Source of the DNA: Takakia lepidozioides
Lineage: Eukaryota; Plantae; Bryophyta
Direction of reading: 5' to 3'
Length of the DNA: 64,000 nt
Assembly: GCA_030704615.1 (NCBI GenBank)
Contig: CM060731.1
Location: forward strand, 2,480,001-2,544,000
A program made the position numbers and the translations under genes. The notes beneath the pieces were generated by a model that worked only from the letters and a program-made list of their open reading frames with translations, was not told where the DNA came from and did not search any database. Within the stretch, counting starts at the first letter, position 1. Each line of letters starts with the position of its first letter. Below are positions 25,401 to 36,730 of this stretch, in pieces.

Positions 25401-25669
25401 GATTATCCTCCAGCAAGCCCTAAGAGCCTCGACCCGTGTTCTATGGTAAATCACAGCGATGAAAGCCATTCATCCTATGGATGAAAAAGGCGCATTTCAT
25501 GACTTAGACAACATTTGTCCTGGCCAGCGCAATAGCATATTGTGCCCCATGGATTTAACTGTAGGCATGATACTTCCCTCCTTGTTTAGCACCAAGGCTC
25601 TCCCTTGTAGTAATGCCGAATCCTGATGCCAAACAAAAATTCACTGTACTCCCCTGCATTAACACTACA
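22441..25669. repeat. Direct repeat U2 (copy of U1)
   Basis: Near-identical to 15555-18799; the last ~700 bp carry many 1-bp indels. Confidence 0.97.
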
Positions 25670-26283
25670 CTTCTCTTTCATCACTCATGTCCCATGTCTT
25701 CATTTTTTAATGTGGCAATAACCAAACTCTCTTCTGTAATATCTCTCGTATATGCCTGGGTTTCTTTCAAGCTTCAATGCACCCTTGGTTTTACTTGAAG
25801 TCTCCGTTACCATATAACCATATGGCAAACCAGTCTGAAAAGCTGTTCTGGTGTGATTGATCCACAAAATATCCTTTGGAATCCAATTCTTTACCAATAC
25901 AAGCTCTTCATGCAGATGAGTATAAAATTCACTTTTCTTTCCTCCCAGCCTTCAAACTCTACTTGCTTAATGATAGCAATGCTATCACATATCCCAATGT
26001 TGGTAACCAACGTGCTCTTCCTCTACAGGCCACATGATAAATCTTTATCACTCCTTTCTCCAGACCCCACTCTGGGTCGCATCATGCACTCTCTTAAGAA
26101 TGTTTTCTTACAACGTCCGACAATTCCAAAAACCTCTGGAAGAATCGTTTGGACAATTTCCTTCTCAGTTTCACAAGGAATTTGATTCACATCAAATTCT
26201 TTAATTCTCCATCCACCATGATCCCACAGATGCCTGTCACATCTGGTTTGTTCTGACCCAAGATCCCCAGTATGGTCGCCAAA

Positions 26284-27271
26284 GTCGCGGAGGGCTTTTA
26301 TCACTTATCCCTTCGCTATCCGAGGCGGAAACTCCAAGATAGAAGAGTTGGAAATCTCTAAGTACTCAGCCGCTCAGAAACAATCAGTCATGACCTACAG
26401 CTAGTGTATCATGGGGGGTTTCCTATTTGTTTTCCCTTCCGCATTCATGTTAGCTAGCTACCTTACTATTGAAATTGAATATCAGTTTGCTCATCAAACT
26501 CATCCAATCAGTCCACAGCAGCTTCACTCAGATCTCTCTACACAGTGTGATTGTATCGTATCAGTATCAGATTATGATTTATCAGGGTATCAGGCCGAAG
26601 CCATTGTGTCTCTAATCTCCTCTACAATATCACTACAGCTTTGCATATAACAAGCATTTACTAATATCTCTCCTCCTTCCACCGTGCTTCTCCATGCTTG
26701 CTTGTTTTCTTGCTCTCCGCCAGATCCCCTCTCATCCATGACCAAAAATTCCCCCCCTCAAGTGCTTCCAAGATTGATCCCCCCTCTCCGTCCTTGCTTC
26801 TTCCCTTTATCTTCCTACCCGTGGCTCTAACCGTTTTCCTCACTAACCGTCGTCCGTGAACTAACATGTTCCATTTGCAGGTGTTGTTCCCCACAGTCGT
26901 TCCCTGTCCTGCTCTCCGTTCCCTATGGTCGTGACAGCTGTGTGTGACTGGCTGTGTGAAACTGTGACTGGCTGTGCGATGTGTTTGGCTGTGTCGGGCT
27001 GTGACTGGCTGTGTGGTGTGTGCTGGGCTGTGTTGGCTGTGATGGCTGTGTCTTGACGGCTGTGATGGCTGTGTCGGCTATGACGACTGTGACGGGCTGT
27101 GTCGGCTGTGACGACTGTGACGGGCTATGTTGGCTGTGATGGACTGTGTAACCCCCTTTTACAGTGTGCTGCTGTCACCCCTAAGGCTCCTGTTGATCTC
27201 AGTCTGTGCAAAAATTAAGGGTACCCTACAGATCCCGTAAAAATGTCTAAGTCCCTGGCAGTCCTCTAACA
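26284..27271 (-). repeat. 5' LTR of element C
   Basis: Homologous to 48857-49930; starts TG on the minus strand; followed by PBS at ~26265-26281; contains a GCTGTG array. Confidence 0.85.
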
Positions 27272-28514
27272 CACTTGGGGAGCATTAGGAAGCTCAAAAG
27301 GTTAGAAGGGGAGCATGTGGAAGAATCTTCCAATCATGGTGGTGTGGAGCCAAGCTTAGGGCATTGGAAGAGCTAATTGGAGAACAAATTGTGGGAAGTC
27401 CTTGAAGAGAGATCATCATTCAAGCATGCTTCCCAAGTGTGGCTTCCAACTTCAAGCTTGAGGAGAGCTAAAAGGTGAAGGGAGCAAGTTGATTCCCTTG
27501 TGTATGAGGTGATGCATGTGTGGAACATGCTTTTGGCTGGAGCTTTGCCTTTTCAAGCTTGAGAGGAGTGGCTCTTGAGCTAGCAAGTGAAGGGAGCTTG
27601 AATGATCAAGGCTTGAGAGGAGACAAGGCTTGGTGGCTTGCCAAAGGAGGTAAAAGCTTGATTTTGAGTTCCAATGTATGATGGAGCTTGTTGTGTGGCA
27701 AAATCATTGCTAAGTGAGCTTGAGTTGCTTGAGGTGAAGAAGAATAAGGGAATTTGCCTTGGTATCCCATAGAATTCATGGATGCTTGAGGGGATTAAGC
27801 ATAGAGCTCCAAGGAGCACAAACCCTAGCTTGGTAAGGCTAAACCTCAAGGAAATAGAGGGGGAGGTGGCTAAAGCTTAGGGGGAAATGGCTAAACCCTA
27901 GGGGGAAATGAACTACTCCATGAGGGGGAAATGGCTATTCATAAGGAGAATCCAAGGGGAATACAAGGAAAATATGTATAGGCCTAGGGGAATACTGAGA
28001 GAATACTATGGCATATTCTTAGGAATATTCTTAGGGAACTTAGGGAACTTGGGAGTGCATTGGGAATGCATTGGGAACATAGTGAGTCATTGGAGGATTG
28101 TTTGGAGTCGTTGGAGGACTATTTGGAGGACTATTTTGGGTCCTTGGAAGACTGTTTGGAGGACTATTTGGGGTCCTTGGAGGCCAATATTTGGCGAGCT
28201 TGAGGAGTCTTTGGCGACTTGTGTGAGGGACTATTTGGGGCCCTCGAGGGCCAACTTTTGGCAGGCTTTTGGGGCCTTGGTGTACTGTTTGGAGTCCCAT
28301 TGTGCAAGGTTTGGGAGCCTTAGTGTTGTTCGAGAGACATCTTGAGGGCTCTTGGAGAGTTATTTGAGAGACCCTTGAAAGGCAGTCTTGTCTATTGCTC
28401 CAACAAGAGAGTGTGGAGATAGGGTAGTGGGATGAGAGCATGCTGGGATTAGGAATTGCTTAGTATCTCTTCCTTGTAGTCTTTCACCCTCTCTGTAGGC
28501 CAAAACTTTTCCGT

Positions 28515-28760
28515 AGGTGGAGGCAAGAGTCAGTCCGGGTTTGGGCTGGGATATCATTGCGACACTGTGGAGTGATTTTGGTGGGGGGGTGTTGTTGCTT
28601 TGATTTTCTTGTGTTTGGATTCCCCCCCCACATCTATATGCTTGACTGTGCACCATGTCAGTTTTGTGTGGGCACTTGTTTTCATAGGAGGTTGGTCCGG
28701 ATTTGATCACCGGCCAATCCTAGAGCGTGATGTCGGTGATGAGGCTGGGTTGATGACTAG
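28515..28760 (+). repeat. Family A LTR/leader segment
   Basis: CAAGAGTCAGTCCGGGTTTGGGCTGGG...ATGCTTGACTGTGC...ATCACCGGCCAATCCTAGA is shared with 6790-7025 and 60955-61200. Confidence 0.85.
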
Positions 28761-29933
28761 GCTCATGCATTTCATCTCCAGGGTTTTAGTCTTGAAGGCT
28801 TTATGGAGTTTGCTGTTAGTGTTCATGCCATCGCACCTAGGGCTGTTGCAAGTCTTTAATGTGCAAGCGCACACTAACTGAGAGTGGTGTGGTTGTGCAT
28901 TCTTTTGATTATGGTATGGCATCGTTCTTGATTGTGTACTAGATCGCAAGGTGGACTACAACGGCAGGCACATGGGTAGGCATGGCGCCCAAGCGGCGCA
29001 AGACAACAAATATATTGGAGCCCCCACCACCTCCAGAGCATCTTGCTCATGCGGTGAGTATTCTTAGTCGTTGGGCCGAAGTAGAGCAGCACGCGACTTC
29101 TTCACAGGTGACAGAAATTCTTGGTTGTTTGTCTGAGTCGTATTTGATTGCTTTGCCACCTCCACCTCGTGCCTCGCGTTGGTCCAAGCACACAAAGCCA
29201 TGCCACATAACTGACGATTTCTTTTTAGAAGGCATGTAGGCCTAGTGTTGGGTTGGAAAGAAAGAAGAGATGAGGGCGAGATCTCCTCAAGGTAAGAGCT
29301 CTATGCTTAATCCCCTCAAGCATCTCTATGATTAAGCATAGAGCTCATACCTCCTCATGCCTATACTTGTCACAATGCCCACACTGTAGTTATGTAGGCT
29401 ATGCATGTGCCGACCCTTTGCCTCTCTCTGGGCAATCCTTCTGGGTAGGTGCAGACTACACTGGCTCAAAAGCGGCAGATTTGCCCTCCACTGAAAATCC
29501 ATGAGAAAAAATTAATTAAATTTTAATTAAAGATATTTGTTCAAATACATTTTTATCTTCATAGGTAATGGTATACTAATCATATTTAGTAAATGGTCTC
29601 ATCCCAAATATTTGAGATATATATATATATATAATATTTTTCCCTTATTTAGAAATAATAGCTATTTATTATTATCTTGTAGTTTATGAAATTTGTCCAT
29701 ATAAAAATAAGCTCATAGAGACAATAACAATATATATATTCTTAGAAAAGATCTCCACCCAAATATGAATTTTTCAAAATGCTATGGACAAATCGTCATT
29801 TTGAGGGTTGTTTTGGTACAAAAAAATCCATAGGGTCTTGATGGATGGATGGAATTGTTCACAAATTTATATTTGTATCTATTCAAACATTGTGTATCTA
29901 GTTGTAAAGTCCATATAATAAATTGGTTGGCAC

Positions 29934-30823
29934 AAACTTCTCTGTTCTCACCCCCTGCTAGTTCCTTCTCAACTCTTGGAAGAACTCCACAATCGGGTTG
30001 AAGGCAGGTACAGGTGTTGGTGCAACGACAAGAGCTGCAGTGGATGTCCCAGCTGATCCTGATCCACTTGTTCCACTGCTGCTTGCAGAAGCCGCTGGTG
30101 TAGCTGTTGCCGTGGTTGCCGTGGATCTTGCCACTGTGCCTCTAGTGATGGAGACATAGTCATGTGACCAATATTGTCGCAACTCCTCAATCTCCACCTC
30201 ATTTCCCCGCCTAAATTCATGGTAGTCGTCCATGGGCGGCTTCTCAATGTGCTGGAATAACCCATTCCACGCCATAAAAGGCGTAAACAGTTGTGGATTG
30301 CGCATCTGCTGCAAATCGCACCAACTATCAAACTCTTGTATGAAATTATCAAGCTCGATGGTGCCCACAGCTCCAGAGTACCTACGAGGCCCCTTGGTAG
30401 CTCCATACGTCTCCTCCATCATATCCCACAACAATGGCACGGAAATAGCTTGCACCTGCGGCATGGATTCCTCAGAATCGGAGTCTGAATCAGAGTCCTC
30501 CTCAGAAAACACAAAAGGTGAAGGTGGCCTAAACCGCACACCTCGTCTCGTGTACCCACTAATATCGCTAGTGCTCGTACCGGCACTACCCTCAGCAACT
30601 AGTGACACCTCCGTGATGAAAACTTACAACCACACCTGTTGTAAACCTGTCTCTAATCCCCCTTTCCACAAGATAACCGGGTAGAGAATCTGTTGTGGCT
30701 TATGGCTTATACTACTAGGTTCGTAACATAAACCTGCACCTGCACCTGCATCCACCGCAAGCACTCCCATGGTCTGCTGGTCATCAACATAGCCTCACCA
30801 TAAGAGAAACAATGATGGTCTGA
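29934..30823 (-). mobile_element. Family A copy 2 (leader plus 5' half of gag, truncated)
   Basis: ORF 29958-30608 is collinear with the gag of copies 1 and 3; shared leader GGAGTGCTTGCGGTGGATGCAGGTGCAGG. Confidence 0.9.
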
Positions 30824-32465
30824 CTAAACTAAGCTATTCCCTACAGCTCCCGTAAGGTGAAACATAGGGCGCCAGACCAAAGGCCATTGCGGAGGAATTG
30901 ATGGTGCATGTCCCTTTGCAAGCGTGCATGGGAGCTTGAAGGGCGACTTGCAACAAACAACATTAACGCAGCGAAGCCATAGCAAGCTGTGGAAATGAAA
31001 GAAATGCGCGCGAAAGCACCACACGGCGGTTGAGGGGCTGCCATGCGCATGGGCGGACATGTAGCCCGCCGCCAGGGCCATCGCCGTGAAACGAAGCCAG
31101 TGACCTGCCACGTCGGCATGTCAACTCGGTTGGCGGCCCCTAACCTTTGATTTGGGGGTACCTTTGGAAATTTGTAGCGTGCTGGGTTTAGGGTATTTTG
31201 GGCGCAATAAATTGGAGCATGTGGCCATCAATGTCCCGCTCATTTTTCATTCTGGTCAATTTTTCATCCACATTCATCCAAAGAAGTTATTCTGTGGATT
31301 GAAATGGCTGCGACCCGTTTCGGGTCACTTAGGCCTTTAGGGGTTAATGATGAGGATACAAGAGCCTTCTTTCCGAGCATCTGCAAACAGTTTTATAAAT
31401 GGATATGCATCATTACACATGGATTTGTGTTATCATAATTTCGTTGTAGGGATTATGACTTAATTTGTGTGGTAGACTTACAGCAGCAATTTCAAAGGAA
31501 AATCAAGCTAATGCAATCCAGTGGTTTTTCATCTGGCAAAAAATCCTTTGATCTCGACCTAGAAACGGGTCAGCTATTTGTACAAAGGAATTATGGGGGA
31601 TTAAAAATTAAAAAACACATCTCATTTATGAGGGCCCCACCAAGGTCTTACAACCCTTGCCTTATGTCCTTAGGCTACAAATTTTTACTTAAAGCTGGCC
31701 GATGAGGAAATGCCAATAAAATATATGTATTAAATTTTCTTTATACGACTTTGTTGGAAGGTATTATACGTATTTTGGCCTGAGGTTCAACGTCAAGCCC
31801 AAGAGAATCTTGTCTGGAACATAAAAGAATCTTGTCTTGAGGATTAAAAAAGATCCTCTTAACAATGTCGTTGAAAAAAGAATCTTATCTTGAGATTAAA
31901 GAATATTCTTCCCAAGTCCTATGGTTTTTGGCATCTTGTCTTCAGGTCCATGGTATTTTGGAATCTTTTCCAGTGGCTCTTTTGGGCTTCCGTATCCGGG
32001 CAGCGCCCCAAAACTATCATTTTTATGGCGTGACACAGCCTTTTTGCTATTCCCTAGATGACCACCTCTACTGTAACCTAGTCTGTGCCCACCCTGCACC
32101 CCGGTCACCGATCTCGTCCTTCTCATCCTTTTGGATGAATAGAAGGATGTGACGATCTATCCATCCACCTGACACAAATCCACAACGGGCATGGCACTTT
32201 GCCTCCCCGACGGAGAAAAAGAAGGGGAAGAGAAGGAGGCAGCCATGGCTCTCGGCTCTGTATCCACTCTCATCGGAAAACTATTCCACCTCTCATCTGG
32301 ACTGGCTGGATTAAGGAATTTCTGTGCATAATTTAAGCTGCATGTAAAATGTTTCTAGGACATGACCATCAACTGGAACGGTACCCAGACTTCATGGCCC
32401 TAGCAAGAGAAAGATTCTACCAAATATTTTCTGTCTGAAGCTGCAGGTGGGAGAAGAACAAAGGG

Positions 32466-35400
32466 ATGTGTCGAAAGCAACACGCTATATTAGTAGATTT
32501 ATCTATGTCAAGACAAGGCGGTTTCACTCTGCAAAAGTTCCGAACGCAAATTGGGAGCGAAGGGTTTCAGCATGATGTCCAATGTCGTGTGAGCTGCAAC
32601 CTCAAGAAGTTACAGTATTGTACCGACCACCTCATACACCTCTCTAACTCAAATGCAGGAAGTTCAAGTACAGAAGTGCAACTTCCATCCAATGCCTTGT
32701 TGCTGGCTATTCATAGCAAGAAGAGCTTGCATCCTAGTTGCTTGTCGAAGCTGAACAGTAGCGCTGCACTTCCAGCAGAGGACGAGAGAAAGTATGGTTC
32801 TTATGCAGGAGATATTGAATGTAGATCACAAATGTCCGGTATGAGTAAGCAGATAAGAAGGTTAGCTGAACCACTGGAAATTGAAGACTTCGGCGGATCC
32901 AGAGGTGTCGAAGACTCAGAAGAACGCGTAGCTTGTGTTGTGTTTGCGAGTACTTTGGTTAAGATCGGGCGTCCTGTAACACTTCAGGCTGTGCAAAACG
33001 TACCTAGGTATACAACCTGGGTATTTGTAGACAGAAACGAACTTATGGATGAGGATCAGCCCCAGACCTTGCTGCCCAAATTGGAGATTGTGGACCTCAA
33101 ACAGCTACATCTCACAAGGCTAATGGACACATACAACCACTTGTTTTGCAGGCGTTGTTTGAGATTTGATTGCCCAAAGCATGGCGCTCAACCCAATATT
33201 GAACCTTCTCAGAGACAGGGGCCTTGGCTGGCTCCTACATCCGAGGGTTTCTTATTGCGGTGTTGTGAGCCTCGCTGTTATGCCCGCAGGCCGCCTCCAG
33301 ATAACGGCAGCAAGAAGTCGCTACATTTTGAATATGTTGGGTCAACGAAGACTAGCTTAGGGTACTATCCCCATGTGGAGCAGGAGAAGGAGGATGTGTC
33401 ATGCAATGGGAAACTGCAGGAATTAATGACTGAGGATGAGTCGGCTTCTGTCGGTCAAAATTTCAGCACCAGAAAGTGTGAGTCGGATCAGAACGTAAAT
33501 TCAGCACTGACTTCTCGTTCGAAAGTGGAGCTGCAGGGAAGAAGAGCTCGTATCCAATTGATGGAGACTTCTGGGGATAAATCACCTGAAAATGCCGATG
33601 ATGAAGCAACAAGAACAAAAGATCGGCAGTTACAGGAAGGTCGGGGTGGCAGTAGCTGTTGGAGCTTCTTCGAGGTCAAAAGCGATCTCGTCTACAATCA
33701 GGCCGATGGTACGCCTTTGAAAACAGCATTTCCTGATGCTGCTAAGAAACAGGAAATTATGCTGCTTAGAAACAACCGGCAAGGCGTCATAAATAATTCG
33801 AAAAAGTTTCACCAATCTACCACTCAATCGTTTACATGGGAAGATTTTATTTCAAACTGTACAAGAAATGTTCGAGAAGTTAACATAACGAACCAGAATT
33901 ATAACGAGAAGACCTTGAAAGAAAACAAAACAATCTTTAACGTCCAGCTGACCACACACGTGAGCTAAAATCTTTGAACATTCATTTGGGAAATTCCTCT
34001 GAATATTATCACCGCTCCACGACGTACGTAGTCCTTGGAGCCTGGGCCTGAGCTTCATTTATATCATCTTGGTCTGCACATGCATTAAATGTTGATTAGA
34101 CTAGTATTAAATATTTACATTTGCAGTACATGAGAGGAGACATCCCATCGGAAATGATGATTCACTGAAGGAGAGAGACAAGCCTGACACAAAAGCTCAA
34201 AAGAGGGATGGCTGGAGTCCATTGGAGAAGGACCTGTGTGAGAAGGGCGTGGAGATATTTGGGAAGAACAGCTGCTTAATTGCAAGGCACCTGCTGAAAG
34301 GGTGGAAGACGTGTGCTGAAGTCGAAGCATGTATTGCTCATTTGGAAGCGCAAAGAGAAGAAGTACGTAATAATACAATTATCAATTGTTCATTGTTCAT
34401 TCCTTTTAGGATAGTTGATGGTCAGGCCCTCATATTGCGTTGTTCTCAAAGTCTCACACGTTTTCCTGGGCAGACTGATTAAGGCCACCTTCCTATAGGA
34501 GGATAACAGCTGGTCTAGGTGAAAGTTTCCTGGGACCATCCATTGCAATCTCCTTGCTGCTTATCGGCACACACTGCTTCCATGAAGTAAAAATTTGACC
34601 ACAGCTTTGATAGAACACAATCAGGATAATGTCTACCCTCTTATGGTGGATCCGGGGTCTGATTCGTTTGCAGAAGCAGAAAGACCAGAGGAAGGAAACA
34701 GAAGAAGAATCTGTGACCCACAATCCCCATGAGAAGCTTGCAAGAGCTAAACTTCCCGGAACTCAAGGTTTGTCCAGGGGGAAGAAGGTTGAGACTCGTC
34801 AAAGCAGAAACCCAGATCAGGAAGCAGATGGGGATGCCAAGCAGGTCCAGTGTTGTGAGAACTTGCAAACTGACAGGTATGAATGAAACTTTGTTTCTAT
34901 GATACGACAACCGTCATGAGGGCCTCAGGTGTTGTGGAATTGTATCATAGGTGCCTCTGGACAACAGCGAGTTGCGAGCTGGTAAGAAGGACTTCAGAGC
35001 ATGTAGGATTGCACCTTACGTCATTATTGTAACACCCCATTTCATGAGAAGCCACTGATGGCTTCAGATATTTCAGTAGTTAGGCAAGAGTGAAGTATTG
35101 GGAACAGGATACAAGTTCAGGAGTACACAAACTTTTCCTACATTTTCATAAGAACTATCAAACCTTCGATGTCTTGTGCTGCTGCATGTTGCTTTGTATT
35201 TATCAGACTTTCAGAGTTATATTTGATGATAGAATAAAAAATACTAGGACTGACATAAAGACCATGTCATTTATTTTATTAGAAAAACAAAAAAGACCAT
35301 CGTCCTGGCGGGCCATTTCACCCCAGTCTACATAATACTGTTCATATTGTCAGTTTTAGATGCGTTTGCAGCAGGTGGAGAATGGAGAGGCCTGGCCCGA

Positions 35401-36125
35401 TAAAAAATGAGCGCGAATTGTACAGGCGCTACAACCCCTGTGGGTGTGCAACAGCATGTGGAGACCATTGCCCATGTTTTGTGCGTGGCACGTACTGTGA
35501 GAAATACTGTGGGTGTCCTAAGGGCTGCAAGCACCGCTTTCTTGGTTGCAAATGTGGGAAAGGCCAGTGCAACCACAAACCTTGTCCATGCTTTTCTGCC
35601 CAACGCGGGTGTGATCCGGATGTGTGCAGACATTGTTGGGTTGGCTGCGGTGATGGTACGCTAGAAGGACTGCCGGTCAGAGAACACAAGAACACGTGCA
35701 AGAATATGAAGATGCTGCTGTGGCAGAAGCCACGATTACTGCTGGGGAGGTCAGATGTAGAGGGCTGGGGGCTGTTTACTAAAGGCGCCCTCCATCCAAA
35801 CGATTTTGTGGGAGAATATACTGGAGAGCTTCTATCTATTGAGGAAGCAGAGCAGCGAAGTGAACTTGAAAGCGCTTTTGTTTGTTTGATGAATGACCAC
35901 TTTGTCATAGATGCTTTAAGGAAGGGTAGTAAACTCAAGTTCGCTAACCACTCCTCGAAGCCCAATTGCAGAGCTCAGGTCGTGATGGTGGGGGGTGACC
36001 ATCGGGTGGGCATCTATGCCAAGAGAGCTATCGATGCAGGCGCAGAACTTTTATACAATTACTACTTAGATTCTGAGACAGCTCCAGATTGGGCCAAGAA
36101 ACCAGCACATCGAGATGGTATATAG
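32466..36125 (+). CDS. E(z)-like: Enhancer-of-zeste (CLF/SWN/MEA-family) PRC2 histone H3K27 methyltransferase, divergent paralog; predicted exons 32466-33708, 34127-34362, 34674-34876, 35375-36125 (810 aa; an upstream exon is possible)
   Basis: SAL-like PRYTTWVFVDRNELMDEDQ; C5/MCSS LFCRRCLRFDCPKHG; SANT2 WSPLEKDLCEKGVEIFGKNSCLIARHLL..KTC; CXC YNPCGC...CEKYCGC...CDPDVCRHC; SET SDVEGWGLF, EYTGE, KFANHS, ELLYNY. The three GT-AG introns have mutually consistent phases (1, 0, 2). Confidence 0.93.
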
Positions 36126-36429
36126 ACAATATTGTTTATTCAGGCTTGCCGGTACGGTCGCCGGGGATGGCCGTACCGGAGACGCGCTGTCAAATCCCCA
36201 CCCCCCGCTGCTTCCCTCTCACCTGCGAGCCTGTACTCTAGGTAGTATAAAGCAAAACAAAACCAGAGGGTTGGCTAGAAGCGCACGGTGGTGTGGTGTG
36301 CTATACAGTGACGAGGTCTGGGTTTCAAATCGTCGCAGTCAATGCTACTTGAGAGATTGGGTTGCACATGCAGTTAATTATTGTACTTTTTCATCTCCAA
36401 AATAATTCTAAGTCCAAGATCCTCACTCT

Positions 36430-36730
36430 CCTCCCCTGTTCCAAGTGTCCGCTCCTATGTCCCCTCCTTGTTCCCAGGCCCGCTCCCCTATCCCTGTTCT
36501 TTGTTCTCGGTCCCGCTCCCCTCCTCGTCCCCTGGAATGCGGCTCGCTCTTCTGTTCCGATCCCCCCTCCTCTCCTCGCCCCTTGGAATGTGATTTGTTC
36601 CCCTGTTCCCGGTCCCTGCTCCCCTCCTAGTTCCCCTGTCCCAATGGGAAGTTGGGATCGTGGAGCGGGAACATGGGAGCAAAATTGGAGAATGTTTGGG
36701 AACATGGTCCTAAAGCATGAGGGGGGAACA
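36430..36730. repeat. GTTCCC/GGGAAC-rich low-complexity repeat (probable MITE internal repeats)
   Basis: Many GTTCCC and GCTCCC motifs switching to GGGAAC; a similar motif occurs at 59728-59750. Confidence 0.4.

Larger units (their letters stand above)
11365..27271 (-). mobile_element. Ty3/Gypsy non-chromovirus element C (same family as B); 5' LTR present, gag-PR-RT replaced by nested block, 3' LTR missing
   Basis: 5' LTR ~26284-27271 starting TGTTAGAGG; PBS TGGCGACCATACTGGGG; gag start ATGAAAGAGAAG cut at 25670; RH-IN resumes at 15554; closely matches B throughout. Confidence 0.85.

Noticed and set aside
33709-33968. C-terminal part of the 500-aa ORF as coding, with a donor at 33960
   Set aside because: That donor is out of phase with the 34127 acceptor. 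The donor at 33709 restores the frame, so this stretch is probably intron.
35429-35965. 178-aa antisense ORF
   Set aside because: Shadow of the CXC-SET exon.
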